A stretch of DNA of 64,000 nucleotides from an uncultured Pelagibacteraceae bacterium (GCA_902556905.1 CACDYK010000004.1:20066-84065); one strand, 5' to 3'; positions 1-10,796 are shown, numbered from the stretch's first letter. The notes: a model not told the origin generated them from the letters alone. Translations and numbers: made by a program.

Positions 1-92
1 TTTAATTGAGTAGCTCTTTCTTTAGCAACAAGCACTAATTCATATGGGCTATCTACTTTATCTATGCAGTCTTCTACGGTTACTCTTGCCAT
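1..92 (-). CDS. rpoZ: RNA polymerase omega subunit (5' part; runs off the window edge)
   Basis: Manual translation [30 protein letters not shown] matches the alphaproteobacterial RpoZ N-terminus; not in the ORF track. Confidence 0.95.
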   Translation of the reverse strand, partial: MARVTVEDCIDKVDSPYELVLVAKERATQL

Positions 93-135
93 GCGCAGTA
101 TCTATACAGTGAACCTTAAAAAATCAAGGAGTATT

Positions 136-1344
136 TTACATATAATGTGGATTTAATTTATTTCTAACCAAATAAAGAAGAATTATAGAGCATAAAATAT
201 ATACTCCAGAAACAATAGCTATTTGTTCAATTGATAAACCATAATCAATGAGAATCCCAAATAAAGCAGTACCAAACGCAGTTGAAAAAACCATTAATGC
301 TGTAGTCAAAGCTTTAATTGATCCTATGTATTTAACACCATAAATTTCAGCCCAAGTAGAAGAACCTAAAACATTTGCTAATCCATTAGATATGCCTACT
401 AAGCCAAAAAAAATAAATGATGATACTGGGCTTTTAAAATAAAAAAGTACTCCTGCAGAAAACAAAAGAGGAATATTCATATAAATTAATAACTTTCGAC
501 TACTAAATTTATCAATCAAAAAACCTGAAATAAATAATGTAATTACAGAAAATATAGAATAAGCCATAAATGATTGTGCAACAACATATGGACCCCAACC
601 TTTTGATGTTGAAATAAATGACTGATAGACAAAAGTACCTGTAGCAATCCAAGGCATTGCGAGCATAGTCATACAAATTACATAAAACCTATAATCTTTA
701 AGAACTTCAATTCTTTTCCATTGTTTTATTTCTTTCAAAGACCCCATATCAGAGTTGGACTCTTCTCTTGTATCTAACTTAACATTTTTTACTAAGACAT
801 ATGATAAGATTGGCAAAACAATTATAATTAAAATTGAAATTAAGATCCAGATATCTCTCCAATCACTGAAGGTTAGTAAGAAAACAATCAATACCGGTAA
901 AACAAATTCAGCAGATGATAAACCTAGCCAACCTATACTTAAAGCTCGACCTCTATTTTTGTTAAAATAACGAGAAATAGTTGTTGTAGCAGTATGACTT
1001 GATAAGCCTTGACCAGCTAATCTCATTAAAAAAATTCCAATAAACAAAAATATTACTGAAGAAATTTTTGAAAATATAAAACAAGATGCTGATAAAAAAA
1101 TTATTACATAAGATGCAAACTTTAAAATATTTACATCATCAATTTTTTTTCCAATCCAAACTAAAACTAAGCTACTTAACAATGTTGCAGATGCATAAAT
1201 TGAGCCAAATTGTCCATGTGTAATTGATAAAGCATCTCTAATACTAGAATTGAAAAGCCCAAGAAAAAAACTCTGTCCAAAGCTAGAAAAAAATGTAAAT
1301 ATAAATCCAAATACAATTACTTTTAAACTTAAATTTTTAAACAT
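136..1344 (-). CDS. MFS transporter
   Basis: 402 aa, about 12 hydrophobic segments, MFS-like loops (GKKIDD, GFLIDKFSSRK), RGRALSI motif. Confidence 0.85.
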   Translation of the reverse strand: MFKNLSLKVIVFGFIFTFFSSFGQSFFLGLFNSSIRDALSITHGQFGSIYASATLLSSLVLVWIGKKIDDVNILKFASYVIIFLSASCFIFSKISSVIFLFIGIFLMRLAGQGLSSHTATTTISRYFNKNRGRALSIGWLGLSSAEFVLPVLIVFLLTFSDWRDIWILISILIIIVLPILSYVLVKNVKLDTREESNSDMGSLKEIKQWKRIEVLKDYRFYVICMTMLAMPWIATGTFVYQSFISTSKGWGPYVVAQSFMAYSIFSVITLFISGFLIDKFSSRKLLIYMNIPLLFSAGVLFYFKSPVSSFIFFGLVGISNGLANVLGSSTWAEIYGVKYIGSIKALTTALMVFSTAFGTALFGILIDYGLSIEQIAIVSGVYILCSIILLYLVRNKLNPHYM

Positions 1345-1355
1345 AGAAAAAAATT

Positions 1356-2231
1356 ATGACTTGTAATGTTGCTTTCATAGGTCTTGGGGTTATGGGCTAC
1401 CCTATGGCTGGATATATATCAAAAGCCGGACACAATGTAACTGTTTTTAACAGAACCAAAGCTAAAGCTGAAAAATGGATTGGTGAATATAAAGGTAAAA
1501 TGGCGAATACTCCTGCTGAAGCAGCAGATGGTGCTGATTTTATTTTTACATGCGTTGGTAATGACAACGATTTAAGAGAAGTTGCAACAGGTGAAAACGG
1601 ATTGTTTAATACTGCAAAAGCAGGATCAATTTTTATTGATAACTCAACTGTATCTGCTGAAGTTTCAAGACAATTAAATAAAGACGCAAAAGATAAAGGA
1701 TTTAGTTTTTTAGATGCACCTATATCTGGAGGACAGGCTGGAGCCGAAGGAGGAATACTAACTGTTATGGTTGGTGGTGATGAAGAAGTATTTAAAAAAG
1801 CAGAACCTGTAATTGATTGTTATAGCAAGAAGGTAAAATTAATTGGTCCTTGTGGAAGTGGTCAATTAACAAAAATGATGAACCAAATGTGCATTGCAGG
1901 TACTGTTCAAGGATTATCTGAAGCAATTAATTTTGGAATAAACGCTGGTTTAGATATGGATAAAGTTATGGAAACAATATCTAAAGGTGCGGCTCAGTCT
2001 TGGCAAATGGAAAATAGATACAGAACTATGACTGATGATAAATTTGATTATGGTTTTGCAATCGATTGGATGAGAAAAGATCTTGCAATTGTTATTGAAG
2101 AAGCAAAAAGAAATGGTTCACCTATTCCTATTACAGAAATTATTGATGGCTATTATGCAGAAGTTCAAGAAATGGGTGGAAATCGTTGGGATAGCTCAGG
2201 TTTGATAGCTAGGCTAAAAAAGAAAAAATAA
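1356..2231 (+). CDS. beta-hydroxyacid dehydrogenase (3-hydroxyisobutyrate / tartronate semialdehyde reductase family)
   Basis: FIGLGVMGYPMA Rossmann motif, DAPISGG, catalytic Lys in GQLTKMMNQ. Confidence 0.9.
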   Translation: MTCNVAFIGLGVMGYPMAGYISKAGHNVTVFNRTKAKAEKWIGEYKGKMANTPAEAADGADFIFTCVGNDNDLREVATGENGLFNTAKAGSIFIDNSTVSAEVSRQLNKDAKDKGFSFLDAPISGGQAGAEGGILTVMVGGDEEVFKKAEPVIDCYSKKVKLIGPCGSGQLTKMMNQMCIAGTVQGLSEAINFGINAGLDMDKVMETISKGAAQSWQMENRYRTMTDDKFDYGFAIDWMRKDLAIVIEEAKRNGSPIPITEIIDGYYAEVQEMGGNRWDSSGLIARLKKKK

Positions 2232-2236
2232 TATTT

Positions 2237-2842
2237 GTGACTGATACAGTTCCTTATTACGAGGACTTTGCTGAGATCAAAAAGAAAATTTGGTCAATGT
2301 TAGCTAATGCTGTGAAAGATAGAAGTTCACCATTTAGAATACCAGTTTTTATTTGTGGAAATCAGTCTGAATTTGATGGTCGGATAGTTGTTCTTAGGAA
2401 AGCAGATGAAACAAATAATTTTGTTCAATATCACAGTGATATTAGATCAGATAAAATTTCAAAGTTAAAAACTAATCAAAATGCTGCGATGTTATTCTAT
2501 GATAAGGAAGAAAAAATACAGGTAAGACTAAAAGTAGAATGTACTGTTAATCACGAAAATGAAGTTACAAAAGAATCTTGGTCTAAAACACAACATATAT
2601 CTAGAAAATGTTACTTGGTAGATAATGGGCCTGGGACAAGATCTGATATTCCAACTTCGGGATTAAAACCTGAGCTTGATAACTTTGATTACACAAAAGA
2701 ACAAAGCGAAGAAGGTTATAAAAACTTTACTGTTATTCAGTGCAAAATAAAATCCATTGAGTGGCTTTATTTAGCTGCTAAAGGTCACAGAAGAGCAAAA
2801 TTTAACTTAGAAAATAATAAAGAAACTTGGTTAGTTCCATAG
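2237..2842 (+). CDS. pyridoxamine 5'-phosphate oxidase-like FMN-binding protein
   Basis: RIVVLR, SDIRSDK, LFYD..KIQVRL, EWLYL..GHRRA and terminal WLVP motifs. Confidence 0.8.
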   Translation: MTDTVPYYEDFAEIKKKIWSMLANAVKDRSSPFRIPVFICGNQSEFDGRIVVLRKADETNNFVQYHSDIRSDKISKLKTNQNAAMLFYDKEEKIQVRLKVECTVNHENEVTKESWSKTQHISRKCYLVDNGPGTRSDIPTSGLKPELDNFDYTKEQSEEGYKNFTVIQCKIKSIEWLYLAAKGHRRAKFNLENNKETWLVP

Positions 2843-3046
2843 ATGGTTACTGGATATATATTTACAGCATTTTTAATCATTTTAGGGTTAGCTGTAATGA
2901 GATTTGGTAGCATTCATGTTAAAAAATTTAAAGAAGGTAAAACGAAAATTAAAACAAAGTTAAGCGGGCAAATTTCTTTTTTAATTTTATTTTTAATAAT
3001 AATTGGATTAATAGTTTATTCAGTCAATGGTCTACTATTTAAGTAA
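2843..3046 (+). CDS. small two-TM membrane protein
   Basis: 67 aa with two hydrophobic helices; abuts the upstream stop codon. Confidence 0.6.
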   Translation: MVTGYIFTAFLIILGLAVMRFGSIHVKKFKEGKTKIKTKLSGQISFLILFLIIIGLIVYSVNGLLFK

Positions 3047-3059
3047 ATAAAATTATAAG

Positions 3060-4238
3060 TTAATTTCCCACATTGTAAGTACACCACGTCCTCTTTTTTT
3101 TAATTTTTTGAAGCTTTTTATGAGAATACCTTTTTCTCCAATCATAATTTTCTTTTGGAGCTTTACCACGTCCAACCTCAGCTGCCATTGCACATTTTAA
3201 TTCCACTGGATTAAAAGGATTATCAGATGTTGGATCTAGAAAAACAGAGTCTTTAAAATCTGGACAAGTATCGTCACCATGGTCATATAAAACCCCAAGT
3301 TTATATGAATCATCACCAACTGGTCCACCAATTACTGTTGAGCTTGAGGTATGTCCATTAGAATTACCTTTTGTGCATGGCCACGCAAAACCATTTACAT
3401 GCAATATTTCATGCAATGTCATCATCATTCTTTTATTTGCGTTTGAAATGTATTTGCTTTGTAAAAAAATATATCCATGATGGACACTTGCCTGTCCTCC
3501 ATCACTGTGTTTAACATCTGCCCAAGCAAAATATAATTTATTAGGATCGTTAAATCCTTTTTGTGTTAAATAAGCGTCAGGATAGTTCATCCCATAATTA
3601 CCCTTATATTGTTTATTAAATCTAACAAATGAAATATCTAATTTACCATCTTCTCTCATATCATATCTAAATTTTTGTTTACCTTTTGTCATTTTTAAAA
3701 CTTTTTCATTTGCTGCTAATAACTCTTTTTCCATTTTACCATTAATATCCCACTCATTATCTTTACTATCTTTGTTTAATATATATATAAAATGAACTTG
3801 TGGTTCATTTGTAGTATCAGGCTGATCTTCAAAATATCTTCCTGACTTTCTATCATTCTCATCAATTTCTAAATTCATCTTGGTACTTGCAATTGGTCCA
3901 TCAATATTTGTCCAAACAATTTTGTTATTAATTGCAAACAAAAAACAATCATTTTGTGTATATTTTTTTGCTTTCTTCATACACTTTGCGTAAGCTTTTT
4001 CATGAGCTTCATCATTAACTTCTTTTACAATTATAAATCCTGGAGCCCATCCTCCACCACTTGTAGATCCGTAATAAATTAAATTTTGTTTCTTTTTTTC
4101 AGATTTCTTAAGTTGTTTTTTGTAATATTTCTCAAAATCATCCCAGTAATTAATACCACCTGATCCTGGAACTTTAATTTCTGCAAAAAGATTTGTTGAT
4201 AAGAATAAAGAAAATAAAATTATTATTAATTTTTTCAT
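3060..4238 (-). CDS. secreted protein with a HExxH zinc-peptidase-like motif
   Basis: Signal peptide MKKLIIILFSLFLSTNLFA; HEILH motif; several Cys. Confidence 0.6.
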   Translation of the reverse strand: MKKLIIILFSLFLSTNLFAEIKVPGSGGINYWDDFEKYYKKQLKKSEKKKQNLIYYGSTSGGGWAPGFIIVKEVNDEAHEKAYAKCMKKAKKYTQNDCFLFAINNKIVWTNIDGPIASTKMNLEIDENDRKSGRYFEDQPDTTNEPQVHFIYILNKDSKDNEWDINGKMEKELLAANEKVLKMTKGKQKFRYDMREDGKLDISFVRFNKQYKGNYGMNYPDAYLTQKGFNDPNKLYFAWADVKHSDGGQASVHHGYIFLQSKYISNANKRMMMTLHEILHVNGFAWPCTKGNSNGHTSSSTVIGGPVGDDSYKLGVLYDHGDDTCPDFKDSVFLDPTSDNPFNPVELKCAMAAEVGRGKAPKENYDWRKRYSHKKLQKIKKKRTWCTYNVGN

Positions 4239-4525
4239 ATCCCTTTAATAATTATATTTGTACCTTCAGAATTATCGAGTCTTATTTGTTTTATAGGTTT
4301 GTACTCTTCAGAGTTGTACCACTCCAATGCTTTTTCATAACTTGAGAATTTAAGTATAATTATTCTTGGAAATTGAGTTTCACCATCAAAAATCTTATAT
4401 TCTCCATTCCTTACAAGAAATTCTCCACCAAATTTTTTAACAATTGGAGTAACTTTTTCTACATACTCTTTATAATTTTCTGGATTTGTGACTTTTAATT
4501 GTGCAATTACAAAACCTGCAGGCAT
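4235..4525 (-). CDS. DUF1330 family protein
   Basis: 96 aa; Y.EY...V...V..FGGEFLVR and F.SYE.A.EWYNSEEY..I...R pattern. Confidence 0.85.
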   Translation of the reverse strand: MPAGFVIAQLKVTNPENYKEYVEKVTPIVKKFGGEFLVRNGEYKIFDGETQFPRIIILKFSSYEKALEWYNSEEYKPIKQIRLDNSEGTNIIIKGI

Positions 4526-4536
4526 TTAATCCTCCT

Positions 4537-5049
4537 TTAAAATATTGATTTAGAATATTTTTTCCAATTATCTTGATAATGTTTTGTGTTCTCTAAAACT
4601 GATTTTTTTTCTTCTTCTGTCACTTCTCTGATTACCTTACCTGGTGACCCAATTACTAATGAATTATCAGGTATCACTTTGTTTTCGGTAATTAATGCTT
4701 TTGCTCCAATAATACAATTTTTGCCTATTTTAGCTTTATTTAGAATTACAGCTCCAATACCAATCATGCTATTGTCTCCAATCGTGCACCCATGAAGCAT
4801 AACAAGATGGCCAACAGTTACATCTTTTCCAACTTTTAAAGGACAGCCTGGGTCAGTGTGCAAAACACTACCGTCTTGAATATTAGACCCTTCACCAATG
4901 TGAATATTTTCAATATCTCCACGTAAAACTGCGTTAAACCAAATACTTGAGTTTTTTTCTAAAGTAACATCTCCTATAATTGTTGCATTGGGAGCTACCC
5001 AATTTTCGCCAGAGTTTTGAGGTTTTTTATCTTTTAAATCATAGAACAT
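4537..5049 (-). CDS. gamma carbonic anhydrase family (hexapeptide-repeat) protein
   Basis: LRGD, NIQD, LHTD, VGH..MLHGC metal-ligand His residues. Confidence 0.9.
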   Translation of the reverse strand: MFYDLKDKKPQNSGENWVAPNATIIGDVTLEKNSSIWFNAVLRGDIENIHIGEGSNIQDGSVLHTDPGCPLKVGKDVTVGHLVMLHGCTIGDNSMIGIGAVILNKAKIGKNCIIGAKALITENKVIPDNSLVIGSPGKVIREVTEEEKKSVLENTKHYQDNWKKYSKSIF

Positions 5050-5069
5050 AATTTATATATTATTACAGT

Positions 5070-5624
5070 ATGCCAGTTCAAACTCCAATATGCGATTTTG
5101 GTCAAAAAGCTTTACCCTTTGAATTAAAATCTACAGAAAAAAAAATTATTTCTTTAAATGATATCAAAGGTGAAAACGGTACCTTGATAATGTTTATTTG
5201 TAACCATTGTCCCTATGTGAAAGCTGTAACAAGAGAAATTGTTGAGGATTGTAGTGAATTAAAAAAAGTTGGAATTAATTCAGTTGCTATATGTTCTAAT
5301 GACTTCATAAATTATCCAGAGGACTCATTTGAAAATATGATTAAATTTTCAAATGATAATCAGTTTAATTTTCCGTATCTTCAAGATGATACACAAGAAG
5401 TTGCTAAAGCGTATGATGCTGTATGTACTCCAGATTTTTTTGGCTATAATAAAAATTTAGAACTTCAATACAGAGGTAGATTGAGAGAACTTAAAAATTT
5501 TATTCCAGTAAAAGATGGAGAAAGTGATTTACTAAAAGCTATGAGGCAAGTTGCTGAAACTGGCAGCGGACCAAAAGATCAAACTCCAAGTGCTGGTTGT
5601 GGTATCAAGTGGAAGTATGATTAA
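5070..5624 (+). CDS. thioredoxin-fold AhpC/TSA (peroxiredoxin-like) protein
   Basis: FICNHCPYV, AVCTPDFF, YRGR and GCGIKWK motifs. Confidence 0.85.
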   Translation: MPVQTPICDFGQKALPFELKSTEKKIISLNDIKGENGTLIMFICNHCPYVKAVTREIVEDCSELKKVGINSVAICSNDFINYPEDSFENMIKFSNDNQFNFPYLQDDTQEVAKAYDAVCTPDFFGYNKNLELQYRGRLRELKNFIPVKDGESDLLKAMRQVAETGSGPKDQTPSAGCGIKWKYD

Positions 5625-6706
5625 TGTATCTATTTGTTACTAGATCTTTCCCACCTGAACTTGGAGGAATGCAAAGCTTAATGTGGGGACTTGCAAGAGA
5701 ACTTTCAAAAAACTTTATGATTAAAGTATTTGCTGATTACATTGAAAACCATAAATCTTTTGATGAGCAAGCTTCATTTTCAATTGAAAGAGTTGGTGGA
5801 CCTAAATTACTAAGAAAGTATAGAAAAGCTTATCTAATTGATGAGTTTGTTAAAGAAAGTAAAGTTAAAGGTATTATTGCCGACCACTGGAAAAGTTTAG
5901 AACATTTAAAAACTAATAGAAATAAATATTGCTTAATCCATGGTAAAGAAATTAATCATGCAAAAGGATCAGGTATTAATAAACGTTTATTAAATGTTTT
6001 AAATAATGTTGAAAAAGTAATTGCTAATTCAAAATATACTAAAAATTTAGCGATAGAACTTGGGGTAGATCAAGATAAAATTATTGTCATTAACCCTGGA
6101 ATTGATCCAATAAAAGATCTTGATAAAAAATCATTAGATAAAGTTGAAAGTTTACTTAAAGTAAAAACACCAAGATTAATTACAGTTTCAAGATTTGATA
6201 AGAGAAAAAATCATGAAAAGGTAATAATGGCTTTAAGAAATCTTAAACAGATTTATCCTGATATTGTCTACATTTGTGTTGGTTACGGTGATGAAGAAGA
6301 AAATATTAAAAACTTAGTTAAAGAATTAGATTTAGAAGGTCAGGTAATGTTTTTCAAAGATATAAGTGATGAATTAAAAAATGCTTTAATAGCTAAATCA
6401 AATATATTTGTTATGCCTTCTGGTATCTATAAATCTTCAGTCGAAGGATTTGGCATAGCTTATACTGAGGCTGCTCAATATGGTATCCCATCAATTGGTG
6501 GTAAAGATGGTGGTGCTTCTGATGCAATTGATCATGAAAATACTGGTATTATATGTGACGGTGAAAATCTTGATGACGTTTATTCTTCAATAAATTTAAT
6601 GTTAGAAAATAAAAAATATTTAGAGTTTGGCAAAAATGCAAAAGAATTTGTGAATAAATTTCAGTGGTCTAAAATAATAGAAGAATATAAGAAGATATTA
6701 AATTGA
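5624..6706 (+). CDS. GT4 family glycosyltransferase
   Basis: FPPELGGMQ, VSRFDKRKN, EGFGIAYTEA. Confidence 0.9.
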   Translation: MYLFVTRSFPPELGGMQSLMWGLARELSKNFMIKVFADYIENHKSFDEQASFSIERVGGPKLLRKYRKAYLIDEFVKESKVKGIIADHWKSLEHLKTNRNKYCLIHGKEINHAKGSGINKRLLNVLNNVEKVIANSKYTKNLAIELGVDQDKIIVINPGIDPIKDLDKKSLDKVESLLKVKTPRLITVSRFDKRKNHEKVIMALRNLKQIYPDIVYICVGYGDEEENIKNLVKELDLEGQVMFFKDISDELKNALIAKSNIFVMPSGIYKSSVEGFGIAYTEAAQYGIPSIGGKDGGASDAIDHENTGIICDGENLDDVYSSINLMLENKKYLEFGKNAKEFVNKFQWSKIIEEYKKILN

Positions 6707-7593
6707 TTTCAAATAATAAATTAGCAATTTTTTTAATTGTAGCTTCAGTATTATTTGGAACATTAATGCTTACATTTTTAAAATTAGCTCAAGAAGAAGT
6801 AAATGTTTATGTTGCTGGTTTTTTTAGATTTTTATTTGGTTTCCTAATTATTTTTCCTTATATATTAAAATCTAAATTTACGGTTTTTAAAACAAATCAT
6901 CTAAAAAAACATTTCTTTAGAGCTGTTTTAAATCTACCTTCAATGCTTTTATATTTCTCGGCTTTGGTAATGATGCCAATTGAAAAAGCTACAGCAATTT
7001 CTTTTGTTGTCCCTTTCTTGGTAACAATACTGGCTGTTTTATTTCTTGGAGAAAAAATTTATATATACAGAAGTTTTGCCCTAGTTTTAGGATTTATTGG
7101 TATGTTAATAATTTTAAGACCAGGAATAATTGATATCTCTCTTGGGGTTTATATGGCATTAGCCTCATCTTTTATGTGGTCTGTTGTGATTATAATTACA
7201 AAAAGTATTGCAAAAGATGATAGTTCAATAACAATTTTATCTTATGGGTATACGTATATGACAATTTTTAGTTTCATTATTGTATTATTTTACTGGCAAA
7301 CACCTGATTTACAGACTTTGATTTATTTATTTTTTGCAGGTTTATTTGGTACATTGTTGCATCTTTGTATTAATCATGCTTATAAATTAGTAGATGTAAG
7401 CATGACCCAACCTTATTCTTTTCTAAGTTTAGTGTTTGCTTCTCTAATTGGTTATTATGTTTTTAGTGAAACACCTGATCTCTTCACTTGGATTGGTGCT
7501 AGTGTAATATTTTTAGGAGTTTTCATTATTTCATATCGTGAAATGAAGCTTAATAAAGAAATTATTAGAAAACGAATAGATATTAAATCTTAA
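6703..7593 (+). CDS. DMT/EamA family transporter
   Basis: About 10 TM segments in two EamA repeats, LFLGEKI. Confidence 0.85.
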   Translation: MISNNKLAIFLIVASVLFGTLMLTFLKLAQEEVNVYVAGFFRFLFGFLIIFPYILKSKFTVFKTNHLKKHFFRAVLNLPSMLLYFSALVMMPIEKATAISFVVPFLVTILAVLFLGEKIYIYRSFALVLGFIGMLIILRPGIIDISLGVYMALASSFMWSVVIIITKSIAKDDSSITILSYGYTYMTIFSFIIVLFYWQTPDLQTLIYLFFAGLFGTLLHLCINHAYKLVDVSMTQPYSFLSLVFASLIGYYVFSETPDLFTWIGASVIFLGVFIISYREMKLNKEIIRKRIDIKS

Positions 7594-7604
7594 GTTGTAA
7601 AATT

Positions 7605-9104
7605 TTAATTTTTCTTAGTAATAGTTTTATAAATTTGCCATCCAACAATAAGGATTGTTGTGGCTAATATACAAGCTGTAAGAGTTCTGTCCCATAAAAA
7701 AGTCCAAGAACCATCACTTAACAATAAAGATCTTCTTAAATTTTCCTCCATCAATCCACCAAGCACAAAAGCTAAAATAAGTGGAGGCATTGGAAAATCA
7801 TATAAGCGCATAAATGTTGCAACTACAGCAATTCCTATCATTAAATAAATATCAAAATTATTAAATGACATTACATAAATTCCTGTAATTGAAAAAAACA
7901 AAATAAGTGGAATTAAGTAGTTTTTAGGTACAGCTAGAATTCTAGCAATATAAGGAATTAAAGGTAAGTTTAGAATAAGAAGTATTACCATTCCAATATA
8001 CATCGACATTATAACAGACCAGAAAATTTCTGGATTAGTCATATAGAGTCTTGGACCTGGTTGAATACCAAAACCTAATAGAGCACCTAACATTACAGCA
8101 GTAGTTCCACTTCCCGGTATACCTAAAGTTAATAATGGAACAAATGCACCAGAACACGCTGCATTATTTGCAGTCTCAGGTGCAGCTAATCCATGAACGC
8201 TACCTTTTCCAAATTTTTCTTTTTCCTCGTCTTTAACTAAATTTCTCTCCATTCCGTAAGCCAAGAATGATGCAATAGTAGCTCCTGCTCCAGGTAAAAC
8301 TCCAATTATAAAACCAATAATTGATGTTCGAGGAATAGTTTTTAACATCTTTGCCCTTTCCTCTTTGTTAATTCTAATTGAACCTAATTCAGTTAAGGAC
8401 ACTTGTTTTGCAGCAGCTGTTGGATCATTACGTTTTAAAATAATAGTTAAGGCTTCACTCATTGCAAATGTTGCCATTACAACAAGAACAAAACTTATGC
8501 CATCTGTTAAATTCATATTATTAAATGTAAATCTTGTAATGTCAGACAAGCTATCTTGACCAACTGAAGCTAACATTAATCCAAGAACTACCATCATCAT
8601 TGCTTTAATAAATTGACCCTTAGATGAAAAAGCAGCAATTGCTGTTAACCCCAAAACCATTAAAGCAAAATAATCTGGCGATCTAAACGACAAACTTACT
8701 TTTGATAAACTCGGTGCTAAAAACAATAAATAAATTGCAGCAAGTGTTCCGCCTGCAAAAGAACTCCAGGCTGCTATAGCTAAAGCTTTACCAGCTTTTC
8801 CTTGTTGAGCCATTGGATAACCATCAAATGAAGTTGCAACTGTTCCAGGAACACCAGGTGCATTCAATAATATAGAAGAAGTAGATCCACCAAATACAGC
8901 ACCATAATAAACACCAGCCATTAAAATTAATCCAGTTGCTGGATCAAAACCATATGTAATTGGTATCATTAACGCAATCGCTGTCATTGGTCCAAGACCT
9001 GGAAGCATTCCAATAATTGTTCCAAAAAAACAACCAATCATCACCATAAATATATTTTGAAAAGTTAAAGCTGTTGTTAGACCAATTAAAATTCCTTCTA
9101 TCAT
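7605..9104 (-). CDS. tctA: tripartite tricarboxylate transporter, large membrane subunit
   Basis: GMLPGLGP, PETANNAA, LTLGIPGS motifs. Confidence 0.95.
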   Translation of the reverse strand: MIEGILIGLTTALTFQNIFMVMIGCFFGTIIGMLPGLGPMTAIALMIPITYGFDPATGLILMAGVYYGAVFGGSTSSILLNAPGVPGTVATSFDGYPMAQQGKAGKALAIAAWSSFAGGTLAAIYLLFLAPSLSKVSLSFRSPDYFALMVLGLTAIAAFSSKGQFIKAMMMVVLGLMLASVGQDSLSDITRFTFNNMNLTDGISFVLVVMATFAMSEALTIILKRNDPTAAAKQVSLTELGSIRINKEERAKMLKTIPRTSIIGFIIGVLPGAGATIASFLAYGMERNLVKDEEKEKFGKGSVHGLAAPETANNAACSGAFVPLLTLGIPGSGTTAVMLGALLGFGIQPGPRLYMTNPEIFWSVIMSMYIGMVILLILNLPLIPYIARILAVPKNYLIPLILFFSITGIYVMSFNNFDIYLMIGIAVVATFMRLYDFPMPPLILAFVLGGLMEENLRRSLLLSDGSWTFLWDRTLTACILATTILIVGWQIYKTITKKN

Positions 9105-9571
9105 CCCATCACTCCAATTAATTTTAAAAATGGATCTCTAAGATAAATGTCAAGAACGCCATGTAATAAGTACATAAATCCTGCAACAAATGGAAAAGAT
9201 AGCATAAACATTAAGAACCATCTTCTCTCACCTAGAAAATAATATGACCCCATTAAAAAGAAAGAAGTCGTTAAAAAATAACCAACTTTTAAGATGGTTG
9301 CTCCATATATAATTGCAATTAAGACCAAGATTGCAGTCTTTTTATATTCTAGAGTTTTGTGTTCTACTTTAATTGTATTTGGATCAGGTAAGATTAATTT
9401 TAATCCTGAAAAAAATAAACCAGCATAACCTAAGTAAATTGGAAATGTTCTGGCATTAAAAGGTGCATTTTCATCAAATGCAAAAACTTGAATTTGGTAA
9501 GCAGTATATAAATAAAATGCTGAAAAAATAAAAAAGAGCAGTGATATAATTTTTGTAGTATTTATATTCAC
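9101..9571 (-). CDS. tctB: tripartite tricarboxylate transporter, small membrane subunit
   Basis: Four TM segments, ARTFP and LGERR motifs, located between tctC and tctA. Confidence 0.85.
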   Translation of the reverse strand: MNINTTKIISLLFFIFSAFYLYTAYQIQVFAFDENAPFNARTFPIYLGYAGLFFSGLKLILPDPNTIKVEHKTLEYKKTAILVLIAIIYGATILKVGYFLTTSFFLMGSYYFLGERRWFLMFMLSFPFVAGFMYLLHGVLDIYLRDPFLKLIGVMG

Positions 9572-9599
9572 TGCTCTAATTTTTAAATAACCCTAAGGA

Positions 9600-10580
9600 T
9601 TATATAACTCCTAATTTCTTCATAAGAGCTGTCATTTCTTCTGTTTGTTTTTCTAAGAAAGAAACAAACTTGTCACCTGGATTGTAAATATTAACCCAAG
9701 CATTTCTTGCTCTAACAGTTTCCCATTCAGAAGTTTTTTGTACATCGCCTAGCATTTTAGCAATTGCATTTTTATCTGCACTGCTCATACCTGGAGGGCC
9801 AAAAAATCCTCTCCAGTTAACGAATTGCACATCATATCCTTGTTCTTTTAGAGTTGGTGCATCTGGAGCATCAGAAACTCTTGAAGGAGCAGTAATACCA
9901 ATAATTGTTACTTGGTCTCTTGCACCCATCAATTCACCTAAACCTGTAGAGATGATTTGAGTCTCTCCAGATAAAAGTCCAGCTAATGCTTTTCCACCAG
10001 CATCATAAGGAATGTAAGCTACATCATTTGGATTAGCACCAGCAGCTTGAAAAGCTAAAGCACCAATTAAATGGTCCATACTTCCTCTCACTGATCCACC
10101 AGCCATTTTGATTGAGCTTGGATTTTTCTTATAAGCATCAACTACATCTTTAAAGTTTTTGTAAGGTGAGTTTTTTGCAACAGCAATTGCACCATAGTCA
10201 CCAATTACACCAGCGATCGGCACAACATCTTTATATGACAAAGTACCACTACCTTTTACATAACCTTTGTGTCTAGTGATTGATCTTAAAACTAATGGTG
10301 TAGACTGAACTAAAACTGTATTTGCAGGTTTAGTATTAATCATGAAAGCTAATGCTTTACCACCACCACCACCTGACATATTTTCAAATGATGCACTTTT
10401 TAACATACCAGCTTTTGTCAAAGCTTCTCCAGTACCTCTAGCAGTTCCATCCCAACCACCACCAGCACCACCACCAATTACGAAGTGAATTTTATCAATC
10501 GCAATTGAACTAGTTGTAGTTGCTGAGAATAACAGGATTGCTGAAAATAATACTGAAACTATTCTTTTTAAGTTTTTCAT
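9600..10580 (-). CDS. tctC: tripartite tricarboxylate transporter substrate-binding protein
   Basis: Signal peptide, GGGWDGTAR, ENMSGGGG, VNWRGFFGPPG. Confidence 0.92.
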   Translation of the reverse strand: MKNLKRIVSVLFSAILLFSATTTSSIAIDKIHFVIGGGAGGGWDGTARGTGEALTKAGMLKSASFENMSGGGGGKALAFMINTKPANTVLVQSTPLVLRSITRHKGYVKGSGTLSYKDVVPIAGVIGDYGAIAVAKNSPYKNFKDVVDAYKKNPSSIKMAGGSVRGSMDHLIGALAFQAAGANPNDVAYIPYDAGGKALAGLLSGETQIISTGLGELMGARDQVTIIGITAPSRVSDAPDAPTLKEQGYDVQFVNWRGFFGPPGMSSADKNAIAKMLGDVQKTSEWETVRARNAWVNIYNPGDKFVSFLEKQTEEMTALMKKLGVI

Positions 10581-10796
10581 TATTTTTCCCTCTCTAATTT
10601 AAAAAACACAGTAAATTACAGTATAAATATTAATGCAACTTATAATATTATCATTCAACTAATGGTTGATTCTAATTATTGAGATAAAAACTCAGCATTA
10701 ACTATTAACAAATTTTATAAAAAAAATTAAAGTTCACTTTTTTCGTTAACTTCTTTTCTGTTATTTTTTTTTAAAGTGGTGATAGAAGAGCTGATT

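Noticed and set aside
10581-10796. Long intergenic region with a short palindrome TCAAC-N5-GTTGA; possible riboswitch or sRNA
   Set aside because: No SAM-V, glycine or other riboswitch core recognisable by eye and no second copy; needs an Infernal/Rfam scan
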